Assembly (NCBI GenBank): GCA_016235455.1
Contig: JACRKZ010000005.1
Location: 1 to 12,523, forward strand
Source of the DNA: Armatimonadota bacterium
GTDB taxonomy: Bacteria; Armatimonadota; UBA10988
Length of the DNA stretch: 12,523 nucleotides
Reading direction: 5' to 3'
Shown here: in pieces, positions 7,623-12,523 of the stretch
How positions within the stretch are numbered: position 1 is the stretch's first letter
Layout of the letters: each line of letters starts with the position of its first letter
Program-made: the position numbers and the translations under genes
Notes under the pieces: generated by a model
Databases searched by the model: none
Told to the model about the DNA's origin: nothing
What the model saw: the letters and a program-made list of their open reading frames with translations, nothing else

Positions 7623-7811
7623 GTCAGGACCCTCCCATCTCTTACCGTTTGAACCGTATCTTATAACAAGGATGGCATTGTGATATTTCCTAAGCAGAGC
7701 TCCTTTTGGTGAAATTGGGCGACACTTTTCAGAGGACGGCATGGCGAGTCGGCGAACTGGCCCAACAGCACTCCGCCTGTGTCAGCAGTCGGATTCATAG
7801 GAGGAGACATC

Positions 7812-8600
7812 ATGGCCAAACGTCGCGGTTTCACGCTGATCGAGCTGCTGGTGGTGATCGCCATCATCGCTATCCTGGCAGCCATCCTGTTCCCGGTCTT
7901 CGCCCAGGCGCGCGAGAAGGCGCGCTGTGCCAGCTGCGCGAGCAACCTCAAGCAGCTCGGACTGGCGATCCACCAGTACACCACGGACTACGATGAGTCG
8001 CTCCCCTATGGCCGCGGCGCGTGCTGTGCCAGCGTTCCGTCGTGGGGCAACGGCTGGGCCGGTGAAGTCCAGCCCTACATCAAGAACACCCAGCTCTACA
8101 CCTGCCCCGATGACAACACGGTGGCCACGGCGCCGAACACGGTGGTCTCGTATTGCTGGAACATCAACCTCAACTGGACCGGCTGCAACAACGGGCCGGG
8201 CACGAAGATCTCGGGCGTCACGGCGCCAGCCCGGACCGTTCAGCTCTGCGAGATTCGTGGCTGCACGGCCAACATCGGTGATGGCAACGAGCAAGGCAGC
8301 GTCGCTGGTCCCGGTTGCACCGGCACCTGGGGCTACGGCGTGACCTACACCACCGGCGTCCTGGGCGGCCGCACCGGCGGCTGGGGCGGCACGCCGCGCC
8401 ACTCGGGCAACTCGGGCTCGAACTTCCTGTGCATGGACGGCCATGTGAAGTTCCTCAAGCCCGGCAGTGTCTCGTCCGGCTGGAATGCGGTCGACGCCAA
8501 CGCGGTGCAGAACACCCAAAGCGCCGACGCCGGCGTGGGCACGCCGCAGGCCGAAGGCGGCTCCGGCGGCGCGTTCGCGGTGACCTTCAGCGGCAACTGA
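7812..8600 (+). CDS. DUF1559-family protein with prepilin-type N-terminal cleavage/methylation site and C-terminal H-X9-DG-type motif
   Basis: Strong SD AGGAGGAG before ATG 7812. MAKRRG|[46 protein letters not shown], and [18 protein letters not shown]. 262 aa. Confidence 0.93.
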   Translation: MAKRRGFTLIELLVVIAIIAILAAILFPVFAQAREKARCASCASNLKQLGLAIHQYTTDYDESLPYGRGACCASVPSWGNGWAGEVQPYIKNTQLYTCPDDNTVATAPNTVVSYCWNINLNWTGCNNGPGTKISGVTAPARTVQLCEIRGCTANIGDGNEQGSVAGPGCTGTWGYGVTYTTGVLGGRTGGWGGTPRHSGNSGSNFLCMDGHVKFLKPGSVSSGWNAVDANAVQNTQSADAGVGTPQAEGGSGGAFAVTFSGN

Positions 8601-8617
8601 GCCTTAGTGAGGCACCT

Positions 8618-8653
8618 CGCGGCCCGGTCTCTGGCAACAGAGGCCGGGCCGCG
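8618..8653. terminator. GC-rich hairpin between convergent genes, probable terminator
   Basis: CGCGGCCCGGTCTCTG-GCAA-CAGAGGCCGGGCCGCG: 16-bp stem (one U-G pair) with a GNRA loop, 17 nt after the pilin stop. The U-tract is weak. Confidence 0.7.
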
Positions 8654-8672
8654 CGCTGTTGGGGGCGGCCGG

Positions 8673-10136
8673 TCAGCGCAGCACCAGCAGGGCGGCCAGC
8701 CCGACCAGCAGCAGGGCCAGGGCCAGCTTGGCCGCCGCCAGATGGCGCCGCGCCAGCGCCGCCACCCGCCCCGAGCCTACCCCCAGCAGCGTCAGCCCGA
8801 CCACGGCGGCCAGCGGCAGCACGAACCCGACGTTGTAGGTCAGCAGCAGCGCCATGGCCCGCGAGCGCACGCCGGCGGTCGGCAGCAGCGCCAGCACGGG
8901 CAGGTAGACCGCGCTGGTACAGACCATCTCGACCAGGGTCACCAACACGCCGGAGCCCGCTGTCGCCACGGCCAACAGCCAGCGCCCGCGGTCGAGCCGG
9001 GTCGACCAGCGCAACAGGGAGTGCACCGTCTGCTGCAGCCGCAGTGGCAGGTGCGCGCTCAGCTCGCGCGTCGGCGCGCCGCGCCTCAGCCGCAGCACAT
9101 CGCGCAGTTGCAGGCCGGCGAACCACAGCGCGAAGAGCGCCACTCCGCAGCGCAGCACCCGCGCCGCACCCACCCAGGCCAGGGCGTGGAGCAGCCCGAC
9201 ACCGAGCAGCGTGTAGGTCACGAAGACGGCGCCGATGTAGGCACCGCCGGCCGCCAGCAACGCGCGCTTGTCCGCGCCCAGCCGCGTCAGCAGCGCGATC
9301 AGAAAGACGACGGTGGCAAAGGCGCAGGGGTTGAGCCCGTCGACCAACCCCACCGCCAGCGCCGCGCCCAGCCCGAGCTGGCGCCCGGCGCTGGGCGCGC
9401 TCAGCGGCGGCACGACCGTCGGGCGGGCCAGTTCCTCGAGCAACAGCGGGTAGATCGAGGTGTCGATGGCGGGCCCGGGCAGAGCATGAGCCCCGACGAA
9501 CAGCCAGGTGGTGGCGAAGGCATCGGTGTGGTAGGCCGCGCGCAGCCGCTCCAGCCAGCGCTGGCCTTCTGCCTGCCTGATGTCGTGCCGCTCGAAGCGC
9601 ACCCACTCGCCGAAATGCCGGCTGAGCGGGTCGATCACCGCCTGTAGCCACTCAACGCACGGCGCGCAGTTGCTGTTGTAGAGCACCTGCACGGTGATGG
9701 GCTGGTCGCCGGGCCGCGGACGGTAGGACTCACCGGCCTTGACGGCGGCCGGCAAGGGGTTGGCCGGCTCGATGGTGCGGCCCTGGACCGGCAGTGTCAA
9801 CGTCGGCTGCCCGGCCGCCTTGATCGTCACGTGGGCCGCGAACGGGCCGGCCTGTGTCGGCGGAGCGATGTCGACCGTGAGTTGGGCGGTCTGCCCCGGC
9901 GGCACGGTGGACTGCGCCAGCTTGGCGCTCAACGGCGGCTGCGCCTGGGCCACGCCGACCTCGACAGGCTGCGAGCCCGAGTTGCGCAACTCGAACACGC
10001 GCCGGCTGCCCTCATGGAGCTTCAGAGGCGGATCGACGTCCCAACGCGGCGGGCTCAGCGTCACGGCGGCTTGGGCGGCGGCCGCCAGCAGCCACGGCAG
10101 GCAGGCGACGCCTCGCGCCGCCAGAGGCCAGCGCAT
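8673..10136 (-). CDS. Membrane thiol-redox protein: signal peptide + Ig-like (DUF1573-like) + thioredoxin-like CxxC + CcdA/DsbD-type TM domain
   Basis: Signal-like N-terminus (WLLAAAAQA). Ig-like 'VFELRNSGSQPVEV...VPPGQTAQLTVDI...TLTLPVQG'. Trx-like 'VLYNSNCAPC'. TM domain of about 6 helices with GLVDGLNPCAF and EMVCTSAVYLP. Starts 1 nt after the upstream deacetylase stop. Confidence 0.82.
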   Translation of the reverse strand: MRWPLAARGVACLPWLLAAAAQAAVTLSPPRWDVDPPLKLHEGSRRVFELRNSGSQPVEVGVAQAQPPLSAKLAQSTVPPGQTAQLTVDIAPPTQAGPFAAHVTIKAAGQPTLTLPVQGRTIEPANPLPAAVKAGESYRPRPGDQPITVQVLYNSNCAPCVEWLQAVIDPLSRHFGEWVRFERHDIRQAEGQRWLERLRAAYHTDAFATTWLFVGAHALPGPAIDTSIYPLLLEELARPTVVPPLSAPSAGRQLGLGAALAVGLVDGLNPCAFATVVFLIALLTRLGADKRALLAAGGAYIGAVFVTYTLLGVGLLHALAWVGAARVLRCGVALFALWFAGLQLRDVLRLRRGAPTRELSAHLPLRLQQTVHSLLRWSTRLDRGRWLLAVATAGSGVLVTLVEMVCTSAVYLPVLALLPTAGVRSRAMALLLTYNVGFVLPLAAVVGLTLLGVGSGRVAALARRHLAAAKLALALLLVGLAALLVLR

Positions 10137-10137
10137 G

Positions 10138-10995
10138 TCAGGACTCCTGGACCTGCGTGATCAGGCCGGGCTTCAGCTCCACCGCGCGGCCCGCGACATC
10201 CAGCCAGACCGAGCCCGCACCGGCGTTCGCGATGAAGCTGCCATCGGCCGAGACATGCAGTGCGCGCGCGGCGGCCAGGTAGTCGAACACTTCGATGTTC
10301 GTGGCATACCAGACATCGTCGCGCCCGCCGACACGCGCGCAAAACTGCTCGATCAGCTCCCAGTTGCCCTTGTCCTCGAACTCGTAGCTGTGGCCCCAGA
10401 CTGAGAGCAACGCGGGGCAGGCGTCCGACGTCAGCAGCCGCTCCGCCTGCTCGGCGCAGCCGTCGTGATGGCACGTGCAGTTCCACAGGCAGGGCTGGTC
10501 CAGGGGCATGGCCAGTTGCTCGGTGCCGGGCACCAGCCGCGAGTAGACGATGCCCAGTTCGGGCAGCAGATCGGCCACGCGCTGATCGGCCCCACCGCCG
10601 GGATAGGCCATGCCGCGCACCGCATAGCCGACCAGCGCCTCCAGCGCCACGCGGTCGTCCATCACCTCGCGCCTCACCTGCTCGTCGGTCAGCTTCGGCA
10701 GCGAGGGGTGGGTGACGGTATGCACGGCCACCTCATGGCCGGCAAACAGCGACTTGACCTCGGCGCTGGTGATGTAGCGGTCGCGGTCGAGATGCCCGCT
10801 GTTCAGGTTGAATGTGCCGCGGATGCCGTGCTGGTTGAAGATCGCCACCAGCCGGCGGTCGTGGGTGCGGCCGTCGTCGAAGCTCATGGTCAGCGCCCGG
10901 CGCCGGCCGCCGGGGAACAGCAGGCGGGCGTAGGTGGTCGGGGCCTCGCCGGTCATGGCGATGTCGGCGATGGTGCGGAGCACGGCTTCGGTCAT
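10138..10995 (-). CDS. Polysaccharide deacetylase (CE4/NodB family), copy without signal peptide
   Basis: Same CE4 motifs (SFDDG, HTVTHP, AYPGG, WGHSYEF). Gapless alignment to 6543-7463 from the ADIA motif on. No hydrophobic N-terminus. Confidence 0.92.
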   Translation of the reverse strand: MTEAVLRTIADIAMTGEAPTTYARLLFPGGRRRALTMSFDDGRTHDRRLVAIFNQHGIRGTFNLNSGHLDRDRYITSAEVKSLFAGHEVAVHTVTHPSLPKLTDEQVRREVMDDRVALEALVGYAVRGMAYPGGGADQRVADLLPELGIVYSRLVPGTEQLAMPLDQPCLWNCTCHHDGCAEQAERLLTSDACPALLSVWGHSYEFEDKGNWELIEQFCARVGGRDDVWYATNIEVFDYLAAARALHVSADGSFIANAGAGSVWLDVAGRAVELKPGLITQVQES

Positions 10996-11059
10996 GGGTT
11001 GGCTTCCTGAGCTGATGATGGTGCGGCTCAGTTGGCCACCAAGGCGGCCGTACCTCCGG

Positions 11060-11783
11060 CTACCCGGCGGTCGCCCGCCGCAGTTCGGCCACGTCAGGTT
11101 GCGCCGCCGCCGTGGCCAGACCGAGCGGGGTGTGACCTTCGGCGTCGCGCGCCAGCCGGTCGGCGCCGCGCGCCAGGAGCAGGGCCACGAACTCGGCGCG
11201 GTTGGCTCTGGCGGCGGCGTGCAACGGCGTCGTGCCGTGCCGTGTCACGGCTTCGAGGCTGGCGCCGCCGTCCAACAGGGCTGCCGCCGTGTCGGCCTGC
11301 CCGCGGTGCGCCGCCAGGTGCAGCGGCGTAGTGCAGGGGTGTTGCGCCGCATGGGTCCGCCAGCGACGGTGGGCTGTCGTGGGCCAGCAGCAACTCCACC
11401 GCTTCCGGCCAACCCTCGATGGCAGCCAGGTGCAGCGGCGACAGGTGCCGGTCACGTCGTGCCTTCGCCTTGGCGCCTCTGGCCAGCAGCAGCCGCGCAA
11501 TGTCCAAGCGCCGCCGTCCGATGGCCAGCGACAGCGGCGTGTCGCCGTCGAGCGTGCGGTGGTTGGCCCGCGCTCGGTGATCCAGCAGCAGCGCGACCAT
11601 GTGCTCGCGACCGGCTGCGACCGCCACGTGCAGCGGCCGCCGGAGCCGGTGGTCGGCCGCGCCAAGGTCGGCGCCGTGTTCGACGAGCGTGGTCACGCGC
11701 GCCAGGTCGCCCGAGTAGACCCCGGCCATCAACTCGCGAGTCGCTGCCTCCGGGGTCTTGGTACCGCGACCGAAGTGACGCAT
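11060..11783 (-). pseudogene. Frameshifted ankyrin repeat gene
   Basis: Ankyrin repeats (RPLHVAV, TPLSLAI, SPLHLAA, TPLHYAA) run in the 11783 frame to about 11325. They continue (TPLHLAA, TPLHAAA, TPLGLA) in another frame ending at TAG 11062-11060. Confidence 0.8.
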
Positions 11784-11865
11784 GGCATAGGCCCCCCACG
11801 CCGCGCGGCCGCAGCTACGCGGCTAAGGTCCGCAGGCTTACTTCCCTGCCGCCATGCTCACCACC

Positions 11866-11933
11866 TCAAACAGATGACGCAGAGCACCCAGATGAACGGA
11901 CCGGCCATCGGTGCAATCTGCGCCATCTGTTGA
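11866..11933. repeat. Intergenic palindromic element with 9-bp CAGAT periodicity (REP/MITE-like)
   Basis: Left arm AACAGATGACGCAGAGCACCCAGATG. Right arm CATCGGTGCAATCTGCGCCATCTGTT (reverse complement AACAGATGGCGCAGATTGCACCGATG). Spacer 11 nt. Confidence 0.7.
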
Positions 11934-11952
11934 TCGTCAGCGGGGCCGGCCC

Positions 11953-12522
11953 TCACCACAGCGTCTGCGTTCGCGCCCGCCACACGCGCGGCCACACCTC
12001 GGCCTCGGCCACCGCCGCGCGCAGCACCTCACAGCCCTCGCCAAAGTCCAGCGCCATCGGCCCGGCCACGCCGCCCTGCTCGCCAGTGAACGGCTTGCCC
12101 TCGCTGAAGGCCCAGTTGGGCGAACTCCAGACCGTCGGGTCGGCCGGCGTGCGTACCCAGTCACCGCCCGCCAGGCGTACCGCCAGCGTCGCGCCGCGCA
12201 GCTTCCAGGCGTCGGCCGCCGCCGAGACGATGCGCAGTTCGTTGCGCTGGGTCACCCAGGCCAGTTGCTCGGGCTTCAGCGCCACCACGCCCGACGACCA
12301 GGAGTCGGCGTTGTTGGTCGGCACCTTGGCCACGCGCTGGCCGTTGAGTTCCAGCCATTTGTTGTCGTACTGGCCCGAATCTGAGCCGAAGATGTCCAGC
12401 TTCAGCCGCGCCTCGCGCAGTCCGACCAAGTCGGCCTGGGTCACGGCGCGCGTGACCGGCTGGGCGGCGATGGCTGGCACCGGCGCGGTGATGGCCTCGC
12501 TCGAGCACAGCGCGGCCAGCTT
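11953..12522 (-). CDS. C-terminal part of a hypothetical protein (begins beyond the window end); possible beta-sandwich domain
   Basis: The frame stays open upstream of the track start at 12480 to the window edge (KLAALCSSEAITAPVPAIAAQ...). GC-rich third positions. Trp-rich beta-strand pattern 'LKLDIFG..KWLELNGQRVAKVP..NELRIV'. Confidence 0.75.
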   Translation of the reverse strand, partial: KLAALCSSEAITAPVPAIAAQPVTRAVTQADLVGLREARLKLDIFGSDSGQYDNKWLELNGQRVAKVPTNNADSWSSGVVALKPEQLAWVTQRNELRIVSAAADAWKLRGATLAVRLAGGDWVRTPADPTVWSSPNWAFSEGKPFTGEQGGVAGPMALDFGEGCEVLRAAVAEAEVWPRVWRARTQTLW

Positions 12523-12523
12523 G

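Noticed and set aside
7673-7690. TGGCAT as a possible sigma54 -24 box upstream of the pilin
   Set aside because: The -12 position reads TATT rather than TTGC; the invariant GC is missing.
8315-9651. Several long overlapping ORFs (8315-9334 +, 8587-9651 -, 8607-9647 +) and similar ones elsewhere
   Set aside because: Ala/Arg/Pro- or Gln-rich alternative-frame products of GC-rich genes, with no motifs or RBS.
7508-10137. Segment between the directly repeated deacetylases as a composite mobile element
   Set aside because: No transposase or integrase, no terminal repeats or target-site duplication, and the flanking copies are too diverged to be recent element ends.
11317-11342. Programmed ribosomal frameshift or phase variation in the ankyrin gene
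   Set aside because: No slippery heptamer or long homopolymer (only C4). The abutting double TPLH is better explained by deletion or misassembly.
11866-11933. CRISPR array or small peptide gene (QMTQSTQM...ICAIC)
   Set aside because: Only one inverted pair with no repeat-spacer series. The peptide pattern is a by-product of the 9-bp DNA period at the end of an antisense ORF.

Overview
High-GC bacterial chromosomal DNA, probably Armatimonadota or a PVC-like lineage (inferred from the '[12 protein letters not shown]' DUF1559 prepilin). In order it holds: the 5' end of a secreted hypothetical protein (-), a DUF47 + PiT phosphate-transporter operon (-), an ankyrin-repeat gene (-) divergent from an MtaD-like deaminase (+), a coupled MDR oxidoreductase + NAD-dependent epimerase pair (+), a secreted CE4 polysaccharide deacetylase (-), a Cys-rich DUF1559 pilin-like gene (+), an Ig-like/thioredoxin/CcdA-type membrane fusion (-), a second CE4 paralog lacking the signal peptide (-), a frameshifted ankyrin gene (-), a 9-bp-periodic palindrome, and the 3' end of an unknown protein (-). 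I found no rRNA, tRNA, CRISPR array or transposase. The most notable structure is 6.5-11.0 kb. Two ~72%-identical deacetylases with homologous 5' leaders, one exported and one apparently cytoplasmic, bracket a Cys-rich pilin and a thiol-redox membrane protein, with a LacI-type operator nearby. That these form one system is a hypothesis, not something the sequence proves.
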